This document shows, in pieces, positions 12,501 through 27,500 of a DNA stretch of 64,000 nucleotides (positions are counted from its first letter, which is position 1; every line of letters starts with the position of its first letter). The notes under the pieces were generated by a model, which saw nothing but the letters and a program-made list of their open reading frames with translations, was not told the DNA's origin and did no database searches. Source of the DNA: a virus. The translations under genes were made by a program, and so were the position numbers. Where the stretch lies: positions 22,967-86,966 of IMG/VR virus record IMGVR_UViG_3300044732_001099; one strand, written 5' to 3'.

Positions 12501-15500
12501 TAATAAAAGTTACTAGAATAATATCAAATGACGATGGAACATATTCTGTTAAAACATCAGAATTGAAAATGGTAATACCATTAGAAAAATTTAGTGAACT
12601 TGCATTATCTCCTTCTATTGATATTTTAGACAAGTATGAAAATGCTTTAATATCATTTACGCAATCAGGCATATTAACATTGTTTGGTAAAACTATTGGC
12701 TACACTCCTGCAATGGGGCCATTAACAGACAAGAAGGCATTAGCTGCTAAGTACCAAGAAATGGCTAATACAACGGCAATGCTATATAAAAATCTAGGTC
12801 AAAGATTTGAAGTAAAGATTGATATTGTTAAAGGCATGCCTACAGTAGACTGGAATGGTAGTGTAAATACAGCATTTCCGTACGTACTTCAAGTATCTAT
12901 TGACAATGGCAAAGGATTTGAATATTTTACAACACACTACCTACAAGATCCACAAAGAGCAAATAAAACTGTACCAGATAATCCACAACAAGAAAATCTT
13001 GAAGTGTACAACAATACATTATTTGGTATAGTAGAAAAGTTATACAACTCTAATAGAACAGAGTTTTATACATCTGCTACTAAAAACAATATTAGTGCAT
13101 CTTCATTTATTGGATTCCATAAAGACATTCCAGTAATGTCATACAGTCAGGTAAAAGACATGGTTGGTATGTACGGTATGGAACTTACAGAAACATTCCA
13201 AGGAGTTAATAAAAATGGTATAGCAGAAACTTATGCAATAGCACATTTTGGTAATAAAGACAATGGACAGAAAATAATATTCCAGTCTGTTACTGCAAGC
13301 AATATGAACGATGAGCAGAAAAACCTTATGCTCAACGAAGTAAATAGAATGCGCGGTATTTTGCAAAATGCTGTAAATCAAATATTACCAAATGAAGCTG
13401 TAAATAAACAAGCGCTTCAGGGTACTGATTCTATATTTGCATTTAACAACTCTTTTGCACTTTTAAATAATGCAGTAATAGCTCAAAAACTATACACTGA
13501 AAAAGATGCAGAAAATAAAACAACTATAGAAGAAAGGCTTAAACTAAGACTTGAAGTTTTAAATGATTTGGCTGCATTTTTATATCCAGTAAAAATGCTT
13601 TATCCTTATAAACACGAAAGTTTAGTGTCTCAGTTTAGGCTAAATACAAAATTACAAAGCGGTAAAGAAGTTACTGGCATAGAATATATGTCAACCGTTA
13701 AAGGACTATTTTTAAGAATGCCTGTAATGGATATTTCTGCCGGCATATTACTTGATGATACAAAAGGTCTTGCTTCTAAAATAACAAATCAACAAGAACT
13801 AGAAAATTATACTAGTTCATTTGCTGAAATACAATCAGAACTTGAAGATATTCTTGGTGAGGGCATTCAACTAGGCATTATAAAATCAGATTTATATCAT
13901 GGTTTTGTAGACAAGCTTGGAAAGATACACATGAACATGCATAATAGTGCATTTAATCCTAAAACATTAAGTCACGAAATATCACACTATGTATCTGAGT
14001 TTTTAATTACAGATGAATATCAAGCTGTATTATTTGATGAGGTAGATAAAAAGTATGGAGTAACACAAAAACAAGGCAACTGGAGAAATGACCTTGATGC
14101 AAGAAGAACTGTCGCAGAACACCTTGCAGATGATGGAGAAAGATATAAATCAGACAGAAGAAACCTTAAAGGTATTTCAAAAGTAATGAGATCTTTCTTT
14201 GACTGGTTTAATAGATTTATGTCAAGGATAGGTATTATCAATGACAAAATAAATGATTTTTACTATGATTTATATGTAGCCAAAAAGTATAAATCACTAT
14301 CCGGAATGGCATTAAATACTGTTAGAGATGAAATGCCGTATGATAGTCTTTATTCAAGAATAATATATGACGATTCATCTTTTAATACTGTAGCTAATAA
14401 CTTTTTTTACGATAATCAGATAGCAAGACAGGTAGCTAATAATGTTGCGGAAATAGCAGCTAAGGAAGTTATTATGCCATCTATGAACAGACGTATGTTT
14501 TTAGATGGTGCCATGTCATTTACAGATATGATCAATAGGATTGAAAACAATTCTAGAGAAAAGGTAATGTACGATACTGATGAAAATGGCAATACAATCT
14601 ATAAAGAACAAGTGATAAATGGTAAGTCAATGTTTTTACCAGTAATCAGAGAACTTACTGTTGATTACACCAGACCATTTTTACGCTGGAACTATAATGC
14701 AACTGATGAAAATGGAAACTCAGTAACTGGTCTGCATTTACAATATTATGATGAAAGCATTAAAGGATATAAAACTGCCGTTCCAAACTCTCAGGGTGTA
14801 TTTTTTACTGAAAAAAGACAGAGAGAAGAGTTTAGAAGATTGCTACAAAAGTCTGTTGATGAATTTGAAATAGAAACGGTAAATGGACTTGTAAGTGTTG
14901 TCGACAAGACAGTAGAAGGCAAGATGAAACTTAAAGGTATCATCAGCAACAAAGACAAGGTTTTGTATAAAAATGCAATGCTACTCAATAGCAAAGTATT
15001 TAAAGCAATGATCAATAGAATATTCCCTTCTCTTGATGTTGATACGATTATAAATAGAGATGGCCAGGTAAGATACAGTGATATTCTAGAATCACTCATT
15101 AGAGTACAAGATGCTAATATCAGGAAAAATGAAGAGGATACAAATCCTATGGATAAGCAATCGGATATAATGAAACTGATGCTTAATACTATCCCGGTAT
15201 ATCAGTTTTTGCCTGATGGTAGTGTTGTTGAAATGCGTGGTAAAAAACTAAACTATGAAGTAGCAAACAAAATACTTACTGACATTCATAGTAATCTTTG
15301 GATTGGTAATAGTCAAGACGGCATAGAAGCTTTTGCTAAAAGTATGGAAATGTTCATTAACAGTAAAATGATGAACAATACAAATCCAACAGAATTAAAC
15401 TCAGATGCTAAGTTTATAAGTGCATACTCTATTTATAAAACATATTTTGATCCACAAGCAAAACAGAGAACCGATAAGTATTACTATCCATCTCACACAA

Positions 15501-18500
15501 GGATTTACAACTGGAACAAACAGTTGTCAAATAAAACTAGAGGCACTAAAGATTACCAAGATGCTCTTGATAGATTTTACGCTGAATATTTAACAGCTGT
15601 AAATACAGAAAAGGAATCTGATGAAACAATAAGAAAGCAGACACCATTAACAAAAGATGAGTTTGAGCTAAATATTGCCAAAAGATCAAAGTTGTCAGAA
15701 ACAATCTTAAACTCTGTTATTACGCATTTTGGCTCTCTTACATCTAATAAGTTTGAGAATGTAAAGAAATATGGCAAAGGCAAAAGAACTACATTTGTAT
15801 CTATGGCCAAACAATCAAGTTCTGCTCATGATACAAAGTTAAAACTAGAACAAAGCATTATATCTAACCTACAAATCAATGGTGGTCTAATGCCAGATAG
15901 ATATGTCGATTTGTTTATTAATAGAAAAAGACCATTAAAAGTAAAAGAAGGACAAGAAAAAGCCAACTCTTACTTTACAATGACAGATAGAGGCATCAGA
16001 TACAGGCATAAAACAAATGATTCATCTGATTTAGGCGTAATAATAATGCCTATGGAAAATGGTAAGTTTAGAAATATGACACCAAATGAAATAAATAAAC
16101 TTACACAGTATGCTAAAGGTGCACAAACAAATATTAGTGGTATAATCAGAAAAGTATTTACTGATTTCTTTAATATGAGTAAGTCAAGCACAGCTAAAAA
16201 TGCAGCTAAGGTATTGTCTGTTCCAAAAGTAGGTAGCAACGCCCATGGTATAGAAACGCTTAGTGACGTACTTGCTCCGTTAATAGCATCAATGTATGTT
16301 TATACTGTTGAAAGAACCGTAGATCCAAACCAGATTACAGCAAAACAGCCTGTATATCCATTGTACAATCAAGCACTTCAAAATACTGCAAAAGATTCTG
16401 GACAAAAAGAAAACTACGGCAAAATAACCGATTCTACTATAGATAGCATTTTAGATAAAGATGCCGGCTCAAACATATTAAAAGATGGTGAAGAGTATTT
16501 CTTCCCAACTGGATTCTATAAAGAGCTTCAGGCACTTGCTGAAATCATGACTTATAATGAAAACAATCCTACAATTTTAAGTCTTGATGGCAGAAGAAAG
16601 CTTTACACTATTGGCAACTCTCATAATTTTAACTATAAGTTCTCTAATGGTAAAAATGATGCACTTGTTGAAAAGTTTGAAGAAGTAGTAAAGGGCCCAC
16701 ATACAAATCCAAATGCTAGAGGCAATAAGATATTAAACCCAATACTGGAAAGAAAAGGAGTAATATCTTCAACGCCATACATGATGGGTATAGACTCAAC
16801 TGGCAAAACTGCTGAGTTAAAAAACATGACTGTACAGGATAACCTACATGCGGCATTGGCGAACTTTACCAAAAATGAAAACCAAAAAGCATTAACCTAC
16901 AACATATCTCCAGTTTTAATACCAGTAAATAATGGCGGTAATCGCGGCAGACAACATTTGTTTGAAGTTAGATTAGGTCATTTTAATGGTAACGGAAACG
17001 GATTTTTAACAAAGCAAACTATTGACAATGTTGATACATTTAAGCTTGATGTAAGAAATATTACAAGTCAACTTAAACGAGGTTTTGCCATAAAAGAAGA
17101 GGCACAGGTTCATAGTATTAACAGGTGGATGAACTTTTTAATGAACCCAGCTAATAACAAAATCACAAACAACGCAAGTTCTTATTTTGCTTCACTAGGA
17201 TTAGGGTTATCACCAATCGATACAACTATACCTGGATGGAAAGCACAACGAGATGCAACTGTTGCTAAGTTAGTTGAGTATTTAAAAAATTATGACGCCT
17301 GGATAATTGATGATGATGTAGTTGGATTTGAAGGTAGTGGACTAAGATTAGGTTCTGATTTCTTAATAATCAAAGCTAACAAAAATGACAAGGGTGGCAG
17401 ATTGTATTTAGGGCACGATGCTTCTATGATGAATAAAGTGCTTACTAGAAATGAAGATGGGACTCAAAAATTCAGAAGTATTGCGCAACAACTATTTAAC
17501 TATTCAAACTATAATAATACAGTAACAATAGATGTTGACGATAATAATCAAATAACATTTGCGCTACATGAAGTATTAAGAACAGACGATTTTAATAATG
17601 AGCAGATTTATGTAAACTACATAGATAATCTAGGTTTAACGCAAACATATATGTTTACAGACGATGATTTACAAAAGATTGTAGATTCTTTGTTTGAAAA
17701 ACATTATAAAGAAACTAATGAAATAGCATTAGCTGATGGTTATAAAATGACTAGTGAAAACGTGTTTGACTTATATCCATATGAAGACGAAATAAAAGTA
17801 GTAGATGGCATCAACATTTATGGCACTACACCATCTGTTATTTGGAAAGGTCTTATTATTGGCCATGCTATGGTTAACTATTTTTCGGATCATGCTATAG
17901 AGGGTACAGAAGCAAATCATCTTTCTAGCGTTGTATATGAAAATGAAACTGGTTCAATAGCGTATGGTGTAAATAGAAACAAACGCGCATTATCGCATAC
18001 TTCTACAGGTTTTACTCCTTCATTTAAGACACATAATGGCATGGATGAAGAATCCAGAATTATGATTATTAAAGACCTAAAAGTAAACGCTTCTATATCA
18101 ACATTACTTGGAGAAATAAACAAAGAACACATTGTTTTTGATGGTCAAAGTTTTAACAATCCATTTTCAATGGAGATGTACTTTAACAGTATTGGAGGAA
18201 ATAATGGTAGCTTAAATAGAAGAATACAAAAATCTATTGCACAACAGTTTAACTACAAAGATGGTTCTACTTTCTTGAAAAAACATGCAGGGTTTATTGT
18301 ATCAAAATCTATGATGGATTCTAGTGTTGATATGGCTAACATGTTTGAATATATGTTAAATCCAGCACTAAGACTAGTCATTAAAGGTGAAGATTTGAAT
18401 AAAATATCATTTTTGAAAAAATCTGATATTGATAATCTAGCAAACGATAGTTTATACCAAAGGTATTTGATTTATTTTGATCAATCTGCTACTGAAACGG

Positions 18501-21500
18501 CATTAAAACAAACGCTTAGTAATATCAACAGTAAGTTTGGTAATCTTAAAACCATGCTTGAAGGCAGTCTTAAGTACAAAAACAATGCTCCGGCAGTTGA
18601 TTCTATTTTGGCAGATTGGAAAAACAGTCAGTTTAATGATACCATTGTAGGTCAATACGATTTTATTGGTAAAGTATTAGCAGATACCAACAATCAAGGT
18701 ATGCTGTCACAAGAAGGAGAAAAAGATCATAGTAGAGCTATTGAAATGCTTGTTGATTTCTATGCTGACTATAGGGCCAAAAATCCTGATACATACAAAA
18801 CAAAATATCCATATTTATCATCAATACAGTTCACTGGTAACAAAAAGGACCAAACCAAAGATTTTGAGATGCCATTTGTTGCATTTAATAAATCCGCAGG
18901 AGCAACGCATTCTGATGCAAATGGTCAGTTTAACCAGGGCAGGCCTATGCCAATGTTTGTTAAAGATGGCGACGCTGCACCTACTAACTTTTACGAACTT
19001 GTTGATTACTGGAAAAATCAAACAGAAGATGCTCCTTATGATAAATGGACATACATGTTTGACAATACACAGGAAATAACACAGTTAAATCCTGAAAGAG
19101 AAATAGATGATAATGAAGAATCTCCAATGGTTCAGGCAATGTCTATTATTCTTGCAAATCCAAATAGTTTAAATACAGGTCTTGCACAAGAAATAGCAAC
19201 AGATTTATCTTCTTTAATGCGCGTAGGATTAGAGAATGTAATGCGCTTTATAACAAATGAAGGTAAATGGAGTGAAGATGTAGACCAGAGAATAAAGGAT
19301 CTAAAAATACAAACAGGTGCAATATCATCTGAAACTGGTGTTGGTTTGTCTAATAAAGAAATAGCAACTATTGAAAACTTTGTAAAAAGTAAAATCAAAA
19401 AGTCTATGTCGCAATCTGATGATACGACAATGTTATCAGAGATTATCAGTGACGACCAAATAAGCTTAAATGTTTCTCATGGTGCAGTTACTAGGGCCCA
19501 GCAATATGTAGCAGCATTCTTAAGAAAAGAAGCTGTTAAAAGAAAGGTTGATGCGATGCGTCTAGTACAAGCTGGTGGTAACTTTATTGATATTGTGGAA
19601 CATAAAGAAACTGGTGAAGTATTTATGTTAGCAGAAGCATATAAGCATGCTGCAAAAATGGGTGTAAGTTTTGATTCTCTTTTTGATGTAAACTCTGTAA
19701 GAGGATTAAAGCATACTACAATTGATACTAAACCCGATTTATCTGTAGAACAACTAGCACAGGTTAGAGCTATTGATACAATCATGAATCAGGCAATAGC
19801 GGAAAATCCAGCAAATGAAAAGCAAATCAAAAAGGATTTTTCAAGGATTAAAATGAAATATCTAGCAGAGCAAAACCTACTAGATGTATCAAAAGGAGAA
19901 GCTATTGTTCCGGCAGTAATGTTCAAAAAGTTTAACATACCTGGAAATGTTGGACTCAATGAAATATTTAGATTGTATGGCAAAAAAGATGGCATTGTTA
20001 GTGAGACCAATCTAATGGAAGCCAGTTCAGACTACAATGCAACAAAAGAACTTATACAGAACTATGTAAATGATAACATTTCTTTTGAAATGAAATACAA
20101 TAGCAATGGTAAGCCTAGAGTTGAAGTGTTGTACAACGAAAACCAATCAGGATTAAATACTTACTTTGAGATGATGTTTGTTGATGGTTTAAACAAATAC
20201 CTCAAAGACAACTATAAAAAGTTTGGAAGTATTTATGCTAAGGTTGACAAGGAAATGGAGCTAAAGCATGGCGACTCATATAGAGCAATGAAAGAAGGTT
20301 CACTTGAAAAATCTGTAGAAGATATTAAGCAAGAACTAAGAACAAGACTGGCTGAAGAATCTACTGCTTTTGCTCAATCTGAAATAACAAACTTAGTTGA
20401 TAAATACACCGATGCTATAACATCTGTAGCCATAACGCTAAAAGATAACATTGGCATGCGTACTCCATCAGGACCAGGCTCTGGTTTTATTAACAACATT
20501 GTAGGATTTATAAATGATGCTAGTTCTGTTGGTTATGTAAATACTATCAAAAACCTTATTGATGGTTCTGACCAAGACGTTGACCAGTTTACAATCTACT
20601 ATTTGTCAAGTACAATGCTTGACTCTGGCAAGATGTCTATTTTAGAATACAACAATTGGAAAGACAAGCAAAAGAAAGATGGTAACTACAATGTGTTGTC
20701 TGATGAAGAAGCTAAGGTTATCAACAACAGGCTAATTAGACATCTTCAAAGATACTATTCCGATCCATTAAATGCTGAACTTACTATGGCAGCTATTGAC
20801 CTTGACCCGGTTAAAAAAGCTGCTGATGGTACATATAGAGAATTGTTTAAAGATGGTGACTTAGCTCATAACATTGGACATTCATTTGTATACAGAAATA
20901 TTGCAATGGATGGACAAGCAGTAGGCCCGTTTGCCAATGCTCAAAAACTACAAACATTGCTTTATTCTGGTTATAGCATGAACCAAAGAAGAGGCATTGA
21001 TTCAAGTATTTACAACTTTAAGATTAACAAAGTAGAAAATGCTATCGGCCAGTTAGAAGATGAGTACAGCAAAGTTCCAGTGTATATGGAGATGCTTATA
21101 AATGCAGCTACGGATAATCCAAAGTTGTTGATTTTAGGTGCAATGAACATCACAATGAACAATGCTGATATGGCATCTGCTATGATGTTTGCACCAAAAG
21201 ATATTCATGATTACATGAGGTCAATGCCCGGTAATGAAAATATGAATGAAGTGGATGCAGTATTAAACTTCTTGAAACTTGATGCAAATAAAGACATATT
21301 TAATTATGTCAAATCAAACTCAGGTATGTACAATGGTGGATTCTCGAGATCTTACTACAATACTGCATACAATTATTACAAAAAACTACAAGCGCATGGT
21401 TCAGAATATGAAGAACAATACAAAAATAACTTAAATAAAAATAGTGACATTTTTGATAGTATGGTCTCATTTCTTATCAATAATGTAGGATATGATGAGG

Positions 21501-24500
21501 CATTTATAAATACCGCAATAGCAACGGCTCAAACAGAAAACAAAGGTGATGTTTTGCTATCTATGATTAGAAATATCAATATCAATAACATTAGTAAAGA
21601 GATTTCTAAAAAACACAATATCCTTAAAAATGTACTTGATAACTTCATTGTAAACAATCTTGATGAAATTACAGATAACGAGTTTAAAGCTGAAATAGAA
21701 AAAGCGCTTAACTCTAAAGATGTTCAAGCATCATACGATATTGTTAACAGCATAGCTAGCATGTCGCCTATTGATAATTTGGCTAATATTAACGAAGAAA
21801 GCAAAGCATTGTCCGAGAAGTACAAACAGTTTTTTAAAGATCTAAAATCATATAAAGACAATCTCAAAAAGAATAAAAATCTTGCTAGAAAAACCGATCC
21901 TAGTTACATTAATGAAGTATATCTTGTCACAAAATATGCTATGCTTGGTGATATTATGAGCGATTTAGTTAAGGTTGCTAACATCAATCAGTTTAAACAA
22001 TCCAAAGCTTATGATCAAAAGAAATTTGAAAACGATTTTACGTTTGCCACTGGTTATACTATTGATGAACTTATTGGTATCTATGACAGATTTAACAGCT
22101 GGAAAAAAGACAATGGAGAAAGCAGCACAATAGGTGATTACTTTGACGCTAATCCCAATGAGAAAAAACCTATTGAAGCAGTAAGAGATACAGCTTTTAA
22201 AACAAAAGCACACACTATGGCTCAAGTTGATTTTTCTTATATGAGAGATAGCATAGAGTCACCTGTAACCGGAGAAGTAATAAACTACTACGAAGACTAT
22301 CACAAGATATTTGATTTTGCATCTATACTTCTTTCTAGGCCAGATGTAATGGAAAGCTTTAGAGCATCACAAATGTTTAAAGACATTAATTCTTCAATAT
22401 TTAACATAGAGTCTACGGAAATACAATCTATGATAGACACTATAACAGATAACATTGCTTACGATATACTGCCAGAAGCTAAAAGCATAGTTTTAAAAGA
22501 AGAGATTAGTAAGTATTTTGTCCATTTGTATCTTTCCGAAATCAACAACAATGGTTTTGAATCAAAAGTAAAAGAAGATATTTTTAAAGCATTAGAAAAG
22601 TTTAATATTCTTACGCTTCCAATGACAGCTGGTTTAGCAACGTCAAATGGAATGATGCATAATATTGGCAATCCTATTGGTGTAAGAAACTTTATTTCAA
22701 ACTTTCCTGAGTTTTTTGATACAGTAATAAGACAATCAGAAATGCAAAGGTTGAAAGAAATGGGTAGTAAGTTTACTGCACAAGACCTTGAATCTGCGTA
22801 TGAGTTTATAGACAGAATAGAAAAGTATTCATACAACCGTATGGATTATCTTGAAGTGCAAAAATCAAGAGTACAAAATGCTAATGAAAATGAGATGCTC
22901 AGAGATGGCTTTAATAAGCTGTCAAATGAAACACAAACATTGTTATCATTGTACCATATTCTTAAGAACCAGTTTGATACAAGTAGATCGTTTTTTGGTG
23001 AAGTATTGCCTAAAAAGTTTCTTATCGATTACTCTAAGTTTTTAAAAGAAGTATTACCTACTAAAGAAATAAGTCAGGATTTGAATAATATTTCAGACAT
23101 GATTTTGTCTAATACAAGTCTTGATTTGCTTAAAAATGAAAAACGCATTTACAAAGATGGTAAAGAGTTTTCACAGGCCCCGGCAGCTTGGTATGGTGTA
23201 GCCAAGCATTATAAAAAAACAATACAAACGCAAAAATCTAAAGTAGGCACGACAATAAGAACATTTGCTCTTGCTACTACTAATGGCATAAATGGAGTTG
23301 CGCTTACCCAGGGTTCTGCAACTAGAACATCATTGTCTAATGTAGTTCCGTTTGATTCTGTAATCAATATGTACAATGATACAGATGCAATGGGTAATCC
23401 TATTACGATATCACTTAGTTACACTCCGACAATACTAAGAAACTTAAATATACCAATGTCATTCTCATTGGATTTAAGGCCACACGCTTACATCAAAAAT
23501 ATATTGCATGGGCATTTAGAAAATGACATACAAAACGCTATTAAAAGGCAGACACAAGAAGGCGTAGAACTTACTCCACAGGATGTATTGCAGATAGTTA
23601 ATGATGTTATGTCAAGAGATTTAAACAATGTTTATAACAAAAAAGGTATTCCTGCATTGCAAGATAAGGCAACGGCAATGGATATGGAAAACTTAATAAG
23701 AAACAATGTTTTCAATATTACTGTTAACTCTATTTTGCAAAAACATGGCCCAAATGCTGATGCTGTATTGCAATCTTTAGATGGTAAAATGCTAAAAGAT
23801 GAATACTACTATAGCGATATAGCTCCATCGTATACATTGCACGCTGCATTAAATATGCTTAAAGCTGAAGGCAAACCGTTTACTATAGAAAATCTTAGAG
23901 CAATAGAATCTATACCATCAATAGAAATGTTTAGCGATACGTATGGCGTTCAATCAAACGAAGATGCTCCATTGGTAAACCTACTTGGTACCTTTGGTAA
24001 TTACTTTACCAGAGAAAATGCTAGAGATTCTGGTTATGTAGTTGCCGTAAACATGAAAGGTCCAAACGGAGTAGGCACAAAAGACTTGTTTTATGAAGCA
24101 GCAAAAGAAATATTTCAAGATACAAGTTTAAAGAACGATCAACTTAATACATTGCTTGCTAATATTCTTATAGCTGATTCTATAGGAATGTCTACAGCTG
24201 ATATGAAAAATAGAATAAACTCATTGTCCACTGTATCAACAAGCAATATAGATTTATTAAAAGAAGTTGCTTTTAAAACTTACTACAAACATGTTGATAG
24301 AAATATTGATGAAGATATAAGCAAAAGACATTCTACTAAATACCACAACATTAATAAGAGTATTGCAGAAGGCAAAACAACGGAATTATTTGGCTCTATA
24401 AAAACAACTGTAGAAACCTTGCAAAGGTATCAAGAAACGCCATATGAAGTTGGTGATATGATACATTTTCCGGATGGTATAGTTGGTATTGTTACTAATG

Positions 24501-27500
24501 TTACATCAGAAAACAATGTAAACTATGTTATTAACCATAAGCTTACAGACAATAGAAACATATTCAATGCACAAAGAGCTATTGTAAGTCTAGAAAACAT
24601 CATGCAGAAAAATAACACAAGGTTTGCGCTTGATGGTTTTGTTAGAACAATAGCCGGCATTATGCCAAATGTTGAGTATAGATATGTTAATGATGAAGAA
24701 GCTCGTCAAATACAAAGGTCTGAGCATGATAGTGTATCTTTCTACCAGGATGGTATTGTTTACATAAATGTAGATAAAGCTGATAGAGGTGTCGCTATTC
24801 ACGAGTTTGCGCATCCATTAACATTGGCAATGCAGATAGAAAAGCCTGAACTATTTAATGCAATAGCACAACAGGTATCTCAGTCTAGTGTAATGGATTA
24901 TGTAAGAAAAATGTACAAGGATGATCTTGATACTGAAGAAGCAATGATACTTGAAGCAATACCAACATATATTCAATTTAGGTATTACGCAAGATTAGCA
25001 CATGAAATGTCTCCAGAAGAAAGAGCAAACTGGGAAATGTTTTTTGCCGAGGCAGGTTCTATATTTAAAGAGGCATTGATTGGTGATGTAAATGCAGAAT
25101 CAAGTATTGACAATGTTGATTTTAAAACTGCTGACCTTAACTCTATATCTGATGCTATCTTAAATGATATGCTCAAAGGCAAGGAGTTTGTAGTCAGAAA
25201 TAAGGAAGCATTTAATATTGCCAGGTTCCTGCCATATACTATGCGGGCATCATCTGCTTCATCGGTTAAGAATATAAACTTAACAAATATAGATACGTTA
25301 TTTCAGCGAAAGTCGCACAATACAAAGGATGACAAAGCTAGAAGACAAATAATGGACTCTATCCAAGGAAATACTTTCTCTGGACTTTCGGGTACCTATG
25401 ACTTGACTATGAGAAATAAAGATTTCTATGATTCTAATGGTAATTACGATCAAAAACGCAAAGAAAAGTTTATTACTCAAATAGTTGAAAATGAAATGGC
25501 ATTTTATGGTGGTATTGAAAAAAATATCATCCAGTTCTTAGACGAACTTCAAACACTTGAACCATTAGCTGCAGCAAAGCAATCATTGTTTGCATCCTGG
25601 AATAAGCGCTACGATTTACCTAATGCTACAGAAGTACAAAAAGAGCAACTTACTCAGAACGTACAAAAAATGATGAACAAACTTGGCTATAATCCAAACC
25701 TAGACCAAGCAATGATGCTAAGTGATGCGGAAAAAACACTTGGATTAAAACTGCCCAATGGTGTAAAACTTGACAACACAATTGTCATTGTTCATAACAT
25801 TGGTAAGCCAGCACAAGAAATATCAATATTAAATGTTTCTCCAGAGTACCTTAGCAATCATGGTATGGAAAAGAACAATATTGCTGCAGCATTTATTGGA
25901 GAAAACTTGACTAATAAAGAAAAGAAACGTGCTAAGAAATTACAAAAAGTAACTTTATCTAATGATAACGGCCATATTGAAGCAGTTAAAACAGCTGTAA
26001 TTGCTATGGCTATTAAAAAATCTAGTCCTGGTACGGTCATTAGAAAAGTAGGTGCTATGCATGTAAATGGTAGTAACATATCTGTAAGAAGTCGTGATGT
26101 AGATGACACTATAAGACAGATTGAGTTGCTTGTTGATAATGTTCCGCAATTGCGTGATAATCTAGAAGTGGATATAAGAGATATTGTATCTGATAAATCT
26201 TTGTACAACATGGACTTATACAAAGTACCTGTTGGAACTAGACTGCTCAACTATTTTAGAACGCTAATATCTACTTTAAAGCCTAATGATAACTATAAAA
26301 AAAGTGTACAAAACACAATAGATCAAGGTATTAAAGTATTTGAAAATGGTGATAACTCATTTTACCAAGATATTCAAAAAGCTGTATTTGGTAGAATAAT
26401 GCACTTGGCAGAAGAACTAGATAGCGATGTGGCAAAGGCTGCCAACGAAGAGTATCAGTTTTTACTACAAACGTATAGAGAGTTAACTGGTTACAATGAG
26501 ATTAACACTCAAAGATTTAACGAGCTTTCATTTGATGAAAAGCTAATACAGACGGCCGATCGCTGGACAGGACAAATAAGAACATGGTTATTTGACCAAG
26601 TTGACCTTGCTTCTAGAAAAGGTGTTGATGAAATGGTACCGTTTAACAAAGAGTTGAACAAAAGAACAAAAACACTGAACACGCTTTCTGGTAATATTTT
26701 AAATTATGGTCTTGACAAAACACATGATTTATTCAAACCATTATTTAAAAAAGCAACTGGTTATGATCAAAATGGAAAAGAAGTTCCAATATCAACTCAC
26801 GAAATACATTGTGATATAAATGACGCTGAAACTGCAAGAGCATTAGCTAATAAAGAAATAACTACAGAGCAATTTGAGTTTGGAAAATGGTTGGCCGATA
26901 GTATGTATGAAGAGTTTGTTCAATATGTAATGACTGTTGAACGCAAAAACATATCACAGCGCGCAAATATGACCGAGGTAGAGCTTAGAGCAGCAGCAGA
27001 AAATGAAGTAGCAAGACGATACAAAAGAGGTATGATGCCTGTATTTGTACGTTCTACAGGTTCTGCTTTAAGTGAAGGCAAGTTGATGGATGCATTAAAT
27101 ATGTACATGAAAAATGCTGGTAGATTTATTGGTGGTGCATTGTATGAAGAGTTTACTCAAACCGAAGATGCAGAGTACCAAAAAGAATCATTCAGAAAAC
27201 TTATGTCTCCATTCTGGAATCAGTTTCAAAATGCAGAACTATACGGCGGTTCATTTAGAATGAAACTTCTTGGACTAGATCTAAAGGTTAGAAATCAAGA
27301 TAGATCTCTTGAAGTTATTGCTCCGGAACTACAAAACTCATTGTCATATAACCTTCAGAACATAGGCAACTATACTATGATGGCATCTAAGCGCACTAAA
27401 CACATGCAAAGAGCAGTAGCATCTGCAAACATTGCAATGGATATGCTTAGAGGCGAAGAAGCAATGCGTGGTGTAAATACTAAAGACGCAAGAGAGCATG

